Source of the DNA: a candidate division FCPU426 bacterium | GTDB lineage: Bacteria > Oederibacteriota > Muellerivitia > Muellerivitales > Muellerivitaceae | Assembly (NCBI GenBank): GCA_963847625.1 | Contig: CAWKAR010000027.1 | Location: 96,001 to 160,000, forward strand | Direction: 5' to 3' | Length of the DNA stretch: 64,000 bases | Shown here: positions 41,707 to 49,867 of the stretch, one piece after another | How positions within the stretch are numbered: the stretch's first letter is position 1 | Layout of the letters: every line of letters starts with the position of its first letter | The notes under the pieces: model-generated | The model's input: only the letters and a program-made list of their open reading frames with translations | Told to the model about the DNA's origin: nothing | Database searches by the model: none | Program-made: the position numbers and the translations under genes

Positions 41707-42609
41707 ATGGCTTGGTTCCGACGGATCGCGTTGTTTTTGCTGGTCAACTTCCTGGTCATGGTCACCCTCTCCATCACCATGAACCTTTTAGGAATCGGCC
41801 CCTACCTCACGGCCCGGGGAATTGATTACACTTCCTTGATGGTTTTCTGCGTGTTTTGGGGTTTTGGGGGAGCTTTCATTTCCCTGATGCTTTCCAAGAC
41901 CATGGTGAAGTGGAGCATGGGGGTGAAGATCATCCCTCCCGAGAATCCCTCCGGCCCCGAGCAGGAATGGCTCCTTAAAACGGTCCATAAACTGGCCCAA
42001 GAGGCAGGGTTGAAATCCATGCCCGAAGTCGGGATGTACGAAAGCCCGGACCCCAACGCCTTCGCCACGGGTTTCGGCAGGGAAAGTTCCCTGGTATGCG
42101 TTTCCACCGGGTTGTTCCAGCACATGGGAAAAGACGAGATGGAGGGAGTCCTGGGCCATGAGTTGACCCACGTGACCAACGGCGACATGGTCACCATGAC
42201 CCTCCTGCAGGGCGTCATCAACGCATTCGTGATGTTCCTGGCCCGTGTCATCGCTTTCGTGGTCGCCAGGGACAGGCGGAGCAGTTATATGACCCGCTAC
42301 TTCCTGACGATGGCGCTGGAAATCGTCTTGAGCCTGTTCGGCATGATAGTCGTCATGGCTTTTTCCCGCTGGCGGGAATACCGCGCCGACGCGGGCGGGG
42401 CCAGGCTGGCGGGCCGTTACAAGATGATCAACGCCCTTCGGGCCCTGCAACGGGCACAGGAGCATTTAATCCCGACCCAGGAACCCAAGTCCGTGCAGGC
42501 TTTCAAGATATCCAGCCGGGACGGCTGGATGTTCCTCTTTGCCAGCCATCCTCCACTGGAAAAGCGCATCGAACGCCTGGAAAACACCTCGGACGTCGTG
42601 GGTGCTTAA
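41707..42609 (+). CDS. htpX: Zinc metalloprotease HtpX
   Basis: NAFATG, HELTHVTNGDMVTMTLLQG, FSRWREYRAD, SHPPLEKRI. Confidence 0.95.
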   Translation: MAWFRRIALFLLVNFLVMVTLSITMNLLGIGPYLTARGIDYTSLMVFCVFWGFGGAFISLMLSKTMVKWSMGVKIIPPENPSGPEQEWLLKTVHKLAQEAGLKSMPEVGMYESPDPNAFATGFGRESSLVCVSTGLFQHMGKDEMEGVLGHELTHVTNGDMVTMTLLQGVINAFVMFLARVIAFVVARDRRSSYMTRYFLTMALEIVLSLFGMIVVMAFSRWREYRADAGGARLAGRYKMINALRALQRAQEHLIPTQEPKSVQAFKISSRDGWMFLFASHPPLEKRIERLENTSDVVGA

Positions 42610-42649
42610 TAGTAGAACTTCAAAGGCGGTCTTGAAATAAGACTCCGCT

Positions 42650-43753
42650 TCAAGGCCAATTGACAGGGAAATGGATCGGGTGAAAAAGGGAACCGGCTTT
42701 TTGGTACCGCTCCGCTAAGGGCCTGGCCTGCCCGTCCTTTAAAGCTTCCACGTGAAGTTTTTCCCATAAGAAATCGCTCTTTTCCACAATAGCTTTGGCT
42801 TGTTTCCAATAGAACCGGCCCTTGGATTTACGATCTCTCATCCATTCAACTTCCGCAAATCCCAATAGCGTATAAATCCTGCCCCTGGTATCCCCGGTTT
42901 TTTTAAAAAGATCGTCTGCCGTGCGAAAAGCACTGAGGGATTGAGCGTAACTCTTCATCATTTTATAGGTGGTGCCGATGGACCAGAGCGTGTAAGCGTA
43001 GCTCACCCGGTCCCCGATGGTTGCGTACAACTTTTCAGCTTTGCGGTAAAAGGGAAGGGCCTTTCGAAACCGGCCCGCCATGCGTTCCACGTTGCCCAGC
43101 CCGCAATAGGAATAAGCCGTTCCAAAGGTATCACCCCTTTGCCGCATTCGGCGGTTGGCCTCGCGGTAATATTTTCCCGACTCCCCGTACCGGCCCAGCA
43201 TCCGGAAAATTCCCCCCAAGGCGCAACAGACGTAGGAAACGCCTTCGCTGTTTCCCCGGGCCTTGAACATCTTGAGGGCTTTTTGAAGTTCTTGGAGGCC
43301 CTCTTTCATATCCCCGGAGATCCTCAGGGTTCCGCCCAAGGCCCAATGGGTAAAGGCTTCTCCCTCCTTGTCCTTTTGCTTTTGGTACTTGGACAGGGCG
43401 TCCCGGAGATCCCGCAAAGCTTGACGGGGCCGGCCCACCGCACGGGCGGCCAGGGCCCCTCCCACCTGGGCGTCCAAGGCCGAATCAAGGTCCCGATTTT
43501 GGAATATCATCCGGGCTTGACGATAGTGGCCGAGTGCTTCCTGGAAATATCCTTGAATCCGCTCCACATCCGCTAAACCTTTCCAGGCCGCGGCTTTGTC
43601 GAGGAGTTCCGTCGAGTTGTTTTTTAAAATCCGTAAATAATGACGGCGGGCAAGGATAAAAAGGGATTCTCCACGGGCTTTCTCAGCGAGTTGAAAGAGA
43701 AAATCGGTATTTTTTGTAGTTGTCATTGTTTTCATGGCCACAAAGTATCCCAT
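42650..43753 (-). CDS. Tetratricopeptide-repeat protein
   Basis: Repeated AY....LG...R..G helical motifs. Confidence 0.75.
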   Translation of the reverse strand: MGYFVAMKTMTTTKNTDFLFQLAEKARGESLFILARRHYLRILKNNSTELLDKAAAWKGLADVERIQGYFQEALGHYRQARMIFQNRDLDSALDAQVGGALAARAVGRPRQALRDLRDALSKYQKQKDKEGEAFTHWALGGTLRISGDMKEGLQELQKALKMFKARGNSEGVSYVCCALGGIFRMLGRYGESGKYYREANRRMRQRGDTFGTAYSYCGLGNVERMAGRFRKALPFYRKAEKLYATIGDRVSYAYTLWSIGTTYKMMKSYAQSLSAFRTADDLFKKTGDTRGRIYTLLGFAEVEWMRDRKSKGRFYWKQAKAIVEKSDFLWEKLHVEALKDGQARPLAERYQKAGSLFHPIHFPVNWP

Positions 43754-43863
43754 TTTTAGTGGAAGTTTTAAATTTTGCTTTGGGTTTTAAAACAAAGAAG
43801 TTACTAACCATACAAATTAGGTAATAAACGTATTTGGGTAGTGGGTCAGTTTGAAATAGGTGC

Positions 43864-43892
43864 TTGACCGGTCATCAATCTAGGTTTATCCT
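43864..43892 (+). promoter_or_regulatory. Sigma70 promoter, probably leaderless, overlapped by a palindrome
   Basis: TTGACC-N17-TATCCT, ATG 6 nt downstream. Confidence 0.6.
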
Positions 43893-43898
43893 TGATTT

Positions 43899-44135
43899 AT
43901 GAAAAAACAAAAAGATGAAAACGAAATAGCTTTTAACATCGTTCAAAAAGCTACTCAAAGCGAATCAACTCCCAGCAAAGATTTAATCAGTAAGATTATG
44001 ACTGAAATGGGACGTAAAGGCGGTTTAAAGGGCGGCAAGGCTAGGGCTGAAAAACTATCGTCCTATCAAAAAACTGAAATAGCTCGTAAAGCCGCAAAAG
44101 CACGTTGGAATAAAAACCCTAAAAAACCACAATAG
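43899..44135 (+). CDS. Small basic KGG-motif protein associated with the transposon
   Basis: MGRKGGLKGGKARAEKLS...IARKAAKARW. Confidence 0.75.
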   Translation: MKKQKDENEIAFNIVQKATQSESTPSKDLISKIMTEMGRKGGLKGGKARAEKLSSYQKTEIARKAAKARWNKNPKKPQ

Positions 44136-44435
44136 GTGGATATCCTTGAGATATCATATGGATATCCACTTTCCATATTGGAAACAGGGTTATGTTATGC
44201 CAATAACATCATTTAATGTCACATGTCATGTAATATAATGCGGTAAATAGAAAAATTTACTTCCCGCCTCAAAATCTCTTAAAAAACAGCCATTTATAAG
44301 CAAAAATATCGAAAAAATTCTTTTGACAATACTATCCCTAGTGGTATATAAACCAAAATAGGTTGTTTTAAAGGAGAAAAAACGATGAGAAGAGGTGAAA
44401 CCGCCGGTTTTTAGAGTACGGCGGGAACATAAATG

Positions 44436-44580
44436 AAAAAAGGGAAAGCGCTCTAGTTTGACCGCCAGGACGCTTTCCCTTACTCACTACTTTTTGGTGG
44501 GGTGTCTGCAACGATGAGGCGGATTGTTTATCCGAGATTCGTTTAGGCTAAGGGTAAAACCCTCAACCCCACCACCACTT
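44436..44580 (-). ncRNA. Candidate structured ncRNA inside the transposon (strand uncertain)
   Basis: Minus-strand TTGACA-N17-TATTAG promoter, 9-bp closing stem with internal hairpins, terminator with T-run. Confidence 0.5.
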
Positions 44581-44660
44581 ATAGACCTAATAACCCATTG
44601 ATCTGTTCGTGTCAACTCTTTTTTAAAAACCGATTAATTTTAAAGGATAAATATTAGTTT

Positions 44661-44693
44661 ATGCTTGACCGGTTATGCATGAAGTGATATGCT
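44661..44693 (+). promoter_or_regulatory. Transposase promoter with palindromic operator
   Basis: ATGCTTGACCGGTTATGCAT; TTGACC-N17-TATGCT. Confidence 0.6.
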
Positions 44694-44711
44694 TTAATCG
44701 AGGTGAAGAAA

Positions 44712-45563
44712 ATGAATAAACTCAATCAAGAAAAACAAGCGCAGGTTATTCAAGCTCTCGTTGAGGGTTGTTCTATCCGTTCAACGTCACGTATGACCGG
44801 CGTTGCCAAGGGAACGATCTTAAAACTATTGGCTGATGTTGGAAAGGCTTGTGAAAAATTTCACAACGAAAATGTCAAAGGCATTTATGCTCAACGGGTT
44901 CAATGTGATGAAATTTGGGCTTTCTGTTATGCCAAGGATAAAAATCTTCCTGCCCAATATAGGACTACTGAAGGAATGGGAAGCGTTTGGACTTTTACGG
45001 CAATTGAAGCCGATTCAAAACTTTGTATCAACTGGAAAGTAGGACATAGAGACGTTGAAACGGCTTTAGCATTTATGAAAGATTTAAAAAGCCGTTGTAA
45101 GGCTAGGATTCAATTAACAACGGATGCATGGCAAAAATTTTATAATGCGGTTTTTTATTCTTTTGGACAAAACGTGGATTATGCCATGTTACAAAAAGAA
45201 TATTTAGGTCAAGACCCTAAAATTCCAGGTGGCCGATATAGTCCGCCAACGGTAACAGGTTTAAAGAAAACAATCATCAATGGGAAACCAAACGAGGATT
45301 ATATTTCTACAAGTTTTGTAGAACGCCAAAATTTAAATATGCGAATGAGTATGAGGCGGTTTACTCGCTTAACAAATGCCTTTAGTAAGAAATATGAAAA
45401 CCTAAAATTTTCCATTGCTCTTCATTTTTTTTATTATAACTTTTGTCGGATTCATCAATCGTTACGGACAACACCAGCAATGGAAGCGGGACTTACAAAT
45501 CGAGTGTGGGAAATAAAAGATTTATTGTTGTTGATTGAAAACCAAAAATATTTAGTAGCTTAA
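44712..45563 (+). CDS. IS1-like DDE transposase
   Basis: HTH LVEGCSIRSTSRMTGV; QCDEIW, LTTDA, TSFVERQNLNMRMSMRRFTRLTNAFSKK. Confidence 0.85.
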   Translation: MNKLNQEKQAQVIQALVEGCSIRSTSRMTGVAKGTILKLLADVGKACEKFHNENVKGIYAQRVQCDEIWAFCYAKDKNLPAQYRTTEGMGSVWTFTAIEADSKLCINWKVGHRDVETALAFMKDLKSRCKARIQLTTDAWQKFYNAVFYSFGQNVDYAMLQKEYLGQDPKIPGGRYSPPTVTGLKKTIINGKPNEDYISTSFVERQNLNMRMSMRRFTRLTNAFSKKYENLKFSIALHFFYYNFCRIHQSLRTTPAMEAGLTNRVWEIKDLLLLIENQKYLVA

Positions 45564-45564
45564 T

Positions 45565-45983
45565 TTATATTCTCACCCCTTTTCCCAAATAACTAGCCAA
45601 AACATCTTTAATAATTTGGACTTCATCGGGGTCGGTTATAAAAGGATGTTCCAGCCCATTTAATAAATCACTAACTGTCGATGCCCTTAATTTTCCCCTG
45701 TAATATTCGTCCCCTTTTTTATTTGTCTATCAAAGAGTGAAATTATTTCCCCAAAATATAAAAAACTATCATACTCTAAAAAAGGATATTCTCTTTTTTT
45801 CACATCGACATTATCGGGAGAACCAAAATCATCGGTATTGATTAGAAGAAATCTAGCTTGACCCAAAGAAATACAATATTTTGGTTTATCTTCCGAGGTT
45901 TCTTTTAGTTCTTCTTTTTTACAGGGGATTTTATAAATATGGCCAATTGGAATTTGAGAAAGCCATATTTTTTCATTTTGCAT
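45565..45983 (-). pseudogene. Putative toxin partner of the Panacea antitoxin (PemK-like guess), split by a -1 frameshift
   Basis: KPKYCI, YPFLEYDSF; the -1 frame after A-AAA-AAG continues KKGDEYYRGKLR...VRI* to 45565. Confidence 0.5.
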
Positions 45984-46571
45984 TTAATGATCTTTAATAA
46001 ATGAAACTAATTCCTTTGAGAGTTTTGAGTGGGGCACATCTTTAAAATCAATAATTTGAGTTTCTAACAAATCCTCAAAATACATATTTCCCCTTTTTCC
46101 ATGCTCTCTATTCTTCCAGCGATCTTTATATATTTCGTCGTGAGTGTTTTCAATTATTTGTTTATTATAAAGTTTATCTACTTTTTCAAATGCCCAATTA
46201 AGGGCGAGTTTATCGCTTTCAGATAATTTTGTTATAGGTTTGTTTTCAATTAAATGAATATCTTTTGCGCCGATTTTTTTAATTGTAGACTGATTAATTC
46301 CTACACCTTTTAAGAAATCCAAATATTCTTTATCGCTTTTTAAAAAATTATACAATTCGGAATTAACAGGTCCAAATTCCATTGCATAATATGTCCCCCC
46401 GAAAATTGGACGGCCATAATTTAATAAATGATATTTATCGGCATAATAAACAGTTTTAATTAACCGAAACATTTCATTTGGATTCTTTTTTTCCAAAAGA
46501 AGCGTAAGAGCATCAATTAATTTAAATGGGTTGTGTTTGAAATTTAAACGGGAGGTTTGGCGATCTGCCAT
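45984..46571 (-). CDS. Panacea (DUF4065/SocA-like) antitoxin
   Basis: LIKTVYYADKYHLLNYGRPI, YYAMEFGPV, LSESD, TH. Confidence 0.85.
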   Translation of the reverse strand: MADRQTSRLNFKHNPFKLIDALTLLLEKKNPNEMFRLIKTVYYADKYHLLNYGRPIFGGTYYAMEFGPVNSELYNFLKSDKEYLDFLKGVGINQSTIKKIGAKDIHLIENKPITKLSESDKLALNWAFEKVDKLYNKQIIENTHDEIYKDRWKNREHGKRGNMYFEDLLETQIIDFKDVPHSKLSKELVSFIKDH

Positions 46572-46683
46572 GCCTTTTTTAATACAATTGTCTTTGGCGT
46601 TTGGGGCGAAAAATCCGAACCATCTAAAGAGTTTGTTTCTCATATACTAGTGACCTTCCCCCAATGTTTGATCCAAATTTAAG

Positions 46684-47514
46684 TTAGTTAAGGCCCAACT
46701 TTTCGGCCTTTGCTTCCATTGGGGTTTTTCCCCCCAAACTGCTGTGCGGTCTCTGCCAGTTATACACCTGCCTCCACCAATCCACGACTACCTGGGCCTC
46801 CGCTTTTGAAAGAAAAATTTCTTGGTTCAGGCACTCATCCCTAAACTTTCCGTTGAAACTTTCGATGAATCCATTCTGCCATGGACTCCCTGGTTCGATA
46901 TATAGCACCTCTACGCCCTTCTCCTCAAGCCAGTTCCTCAGTTCTTTCGCCACGAACTCTGGCCCGTTGTCCACCCGCAGGCACTTTGGTGTCCCGTACT
47001 CCGTCATCAACTCGTCCAGCGTCTCCAGCACGTCCCGGCTTCTCATTCGCTTCTCCGCCCGGATCTCCAAGCATTCCCTAAATCCTTCATCCAACACCGT
47101 CAAAAACTTCACCTTTCCCCCGAACCATGTCAGGTCATGCACGAAGTCCATCGTCCACACCTCGTTGGAACCCAAAGCCGGGTGGGGCCTTCTCCATTCC
47201 GTCGGAACCCTCTTCTTCCTGGGTCTCCTGCGCGGTAATTGAAGCCCTGCTACCTGGTAGAGCCTCTCCACCCGCTTGTGATTCACATCAAGGCCTCTGC
47301 GTTCCAACATCCACAACATCCGAGGGCTTCCGAAACGTCGGTTTCTTTGCGCTAACTTAACCATTTCCTGCAGGATCACCTGGTTCAACGGATCTTCTGG
47401 CTGGGCCTCATATCGAAAACTCGATCGATTTACCCCAAGAACATCACAGGCTCGTCTTTCCGGTACTTCCTGAGCCTTCAGGGCTTCCACCATGCCTTTT
47501 TGCTCCTCGATCAA
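46684..47514 (-). CDS. IS3 transposase OrfB
   Basis: WTMDF, DNGPEF, PGSPWQNGFIESFNGKFRDECL, RPHSSLG. Confidence 0.93.
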   Translation of the reverse strand: MIEEQKGMVEALKAQEVPERRACDVLGVNRSSFRYEAQPEDPLNQVILQEMVKLAQRNRRFGSPRMLWMLERRGLDVNHKRVERLYQVAGLQLPRRRPRKKRVPTEWRRPHPALGSNEVWTMDFVHDLTWFGGKVKFLTVLDEGFRECLEIRAEKRMRSRDVLETLDELMTEYGTPKCLRVDNGPEFVAKELRNWLEEKGVEVLYIEPGSPWQNGFIESFNGKFRDECLNQEIFLSKAEAQVVVDWWRQVYNWQRPHSSLGGKTPMEAKAEKLGLN

Positions 47515-47779
47515 TACCCCTTTTTTTTATGTGCTCTTGGAGAACCTGAATAGCCAGGGCCTGATCACCCGCTAACTGCTTGAGTTTCCGGTTTTCTTCT
47601 TCCAGCTGTTTGATGCGGTGGACTTCGGAAACTCCAAGGCTTCCGTACATGCGTTTCCAGCGGTAGTAAGTCTGCTCGGAAATGCCATGCTTTCGGAGAA
47701 CTTCCTCAACGGCGGGAGCTTTCTCCGCCTCGCGGAGAATAGCCACTATCTGCTCAGATAAAAACCGTTTCTTTGCCAT
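47444..47779 (-). CDS. IS3 transposase OrfA (3' end affected by an A-run indel)
   Basis: EQIVAILREAE, HGISEQTYYRWK, QLEEENRKLKQL. Confidence 0.88.
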   Translation of the reverse strand: MAKKRFLSEQIVAILREAEKAPAVEEVLRKHGISEQTYYRWKRMYGSLGVSEVHRIKQLEEENRKLKQLAGDQALAIQVLQEHIKKRGIDRGAKRHGGSPEGSGSTGKTSL

Positions 47780-48010
47780 CTTTCCCCTCCCGATCTATAA
47801 TCCAAAACTAACATATTTTTGGATCAGTTTTCGGGGGAAAGGTCACTAGAGTAAACGGAAACTATACTAAAAAGTCAAGTATCCCCAAAAACTACATATT
47901 TGTCCTGATAATTCAAACTGACCCACTACCCGTATTTGTACTATTCTACATATTTGAATTCAAAATTTTGTTCAACCTTCTAATTCCCCTTAAATTTCAA
48001 TGTTTTCAAT

Positions 48011-48026
48011 TGGCATGAAACTCGCT
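48011..48026 (+). promoter_or_regulatory. Sigma54 (-24/-12) promoter
   Basis: TGGCATGAAACTCGCT, GG-N10-GC, upstream of amtB. Confidence 0.7.
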
Positions 48027-48099
48027 TAATCAAAAAGAGCATCGGTGGGGTCCCTGGGGAAAGGGGCATAGCCAATTTTCAATCAAGGAGCGGGGAGAA

Positions 48100-49422
48100 A
48101 TGAAATTTCTTCGAAGTCTTTTTCTGCTTTTGCGGGGGAAGCCGGCTGTATTGGCCATTGCGGTTTTTTCCATTCAATCCCTGGTTCCGGCTTGGGCCCA
48201 GCAGGCGGCACCGGCGGCGCCGGCCATCAGCGCGGGTGATACGGCCTGGGTGCTGGCCTCCTCCGCTTTGGTCCTGTTGATGACGCCGGGCCTGGCCTTT
48301 TTCTACGGCGGAATGGTGCGCCGCAAGAACGTCATGGCCACCATCATGCAGAGCTTTTTCATGGTGGCCCTCATCAGCATCCAATGGGTCGTCTGGGGCT
48401 ATTCCCTGGCCTTCAGCCCGGGAAACAACTATATCGGCGGTTTGAGCTGGCTTTTCCTCGACAACATGCCGGCGGTCAACCCGGCCGCGCCGACCATTCC
48501 CCACTACGCGTTCATGATATTCCAGGCCATGTTCGCCATTATTACGCCGGCCCTGATTTGCGGGGCTTACGCGGAGCGGGTGAAGTTCAAGGGTTTCGTG
48601 GCCTTCTCCCTTCTTTGGGCCACGTTCGTATACGACCCCATCGCCCACTGGGTGTGGGGCGGCGGGTATTTCAAGGACGCCCTGGATTTCGCCGGCGGAA
48701 CGGTTGTGCACATGTCCTCCGGCTACTCCGCCCTGACCCTGGCGCTTCTTTTAGGGACCCGGAAGAACTATGGCAGGGAACCGATGGTCCCGCATAACCT
48801 GACCCTGGTCCTATTGGGGGCGAGCCTGCTGTGGTTCGGTTGGTTCGGCTTCAACGCCGGATCGGCGGGCGCGGCCAACGCCCTGGCTTGTAACGCGTTC
48901 GTCACCACGAATTCGGCTACCGCCATGGCCGCCATCACCTGGTGCGTCATCGAGCTTTTCCACCGCGGAAAGGCCACCTCGCTTGGCGCGGCCTCGGGCG
49001 CGGTGGCGGGCTTGGTCGCCATCACCCCGGCCTGCGGTTTCGTGGATTTGAAAGCATCATTGGTCATCGGCATGATCGTGAGCCTGCTCTGCTATTCCGC
49101 CATCCAGGTCAAAGTGAAAATGGGTTATGACGATTCCCTGGACGCCTTCGGGGTGCACGGGGTCGGGGGAACCTGGGGCGCGCTGGCCACCGGATTGTTC
49201 GCCCTCAAGGCCATCAACGGCACAGATGGGCTTTTCGCGGGAAACCCGGCGCAATTCCTCATCCAAATCAAGGTCGTGGCGTCCACGATCGTTTACGCGG
49301 TGGCCCTGACCACCCTCATTTACTTCGTCGTGGAGAAAACCATCGGCCTGCGGGTATCGCCGAAGGATGAGGAACTGGGTTTGGACCTTTCCCAGCATGG
49401 GGAGGAAGGTTACAACATCTAG
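48100..49422 (+). CDS. amtB: Ammonium transporter
   Basis: GDTAW, MTPGLAFFYGG, DFAGGTVVH, WFGWFGFNAGS, DDSLDAFGVHG. Confidence 0.97.
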   Translation: MKFLRSLFLLLRGKPAVLAIAVFSIQSLVPAWAQQAAPAAPAISAGDTAWVLASSALVLLMTPGLAFFYGGMVRRKNVMATIMQSFFMVALISIQWVVWGYSLAFSPGNNYIGGLSWLFLDNMPAVNPAAPTIPHYAFMIFQAMFAIITPALICGAYAERVKFKGFVAFSLLWATFVYDPIAHWVWGGGYFKDALDFAGGTVVHMSSGYSALTLALLLGTRKNYGREPMVPHNLTLVLLGASLLWFGWFGFNAGSAGAANALACNAFVTTNSATAMAAITWCVIELFHRGKATSLGAASGAVAGLVAITPACGFVDLKASLVIGMIVSLLCYSAIQVKVKMGYDDSLDAFGVHGVGGTWGALATGLFALKAINGTDGLFAGNPAQFLIQIKVVASTIVYAVALTTLIYFVVEKTIGLRVSPKDEELGLDLSQHGEEGYNI

Positions 49423-49525
49423 GAACTTCTGTTAAAAAAGAATTTCACCACATGCTGTTTTTTAAAAAGCTTTTGTAAGCCTGGAATTTTTCAAATACGG
49501 TGGAACCGTGAGGGGGGTAATAAAG

Positions 49526-49861
49526 ATGAAAAAAATAGAGGCGGTCATCAGGCCAAGCGCTTTGCGGTCGGTTTTGGATGGTTTGAAGATAGTGGGTTAT
49601 CCCGGGGTGACGGTGTTCGAGGTCCAGGGACACGGCAAACAAAAGGGAATCACCGAATCCTACCGGGGGCAGAGCGTGGAAGGACTGCTTCCCAAGATAG
49701 TGGTGACGGCGGTGGTCCACGACAAGCAGGTGGGAAAAGTCACGGGAACCATCCTCAAAGCCACCCGGACGGGGGAGATCGGCGACGGAAAGATCTTCGT
49801 CTCGCCGGTCGCGGATGCCATCCGGATCCGGACGGGGGAAAAAGGGGATAAGGCCCTCTAG
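49526..49861 (+). CDS. glnK: P-II nitrogen regulator
   Basis: PII motifs; downstream of amtB. Confidence 0.9.
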   Translation: MKKIEAVIRPSALRSVLDGLKIVGYPGVTVFEVQGHGKQKGITESYRGQSVEGLLPKIVVTAVVHDKQVGKVTGTILKATRTGEIGDGKIFVSPVADAIRIRTGEKGDKAL

Positions 49862-49867
49862 AACCCT

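Larger units (their letters stand above)
46651..47845 (-). mobile_element. IS3-family (IS407-group-like) insertion sequence
   Basis: TG...CA ends, TIR TGACCTT.CCC...TGATCCAAA, 4-bp TSD CTAG. Confidence 0.92.
43837..47930 (+). mobile_element. IS1-like cargo-carrying transposon (4094 bp) with nested IS3
   Basis: Perfect 19-bp TIR GGTAGTGGGTCAGTTTGAA; 8-bp TSD CGTATTTG. Confidence 0.93.

Noticed and set aside
44496..44577. Canonical tRNA
   Set aside because: It has an acceptor-like stem and ACCA but no TTC T-loop or D-loop; kept only as an ncRNA candidate
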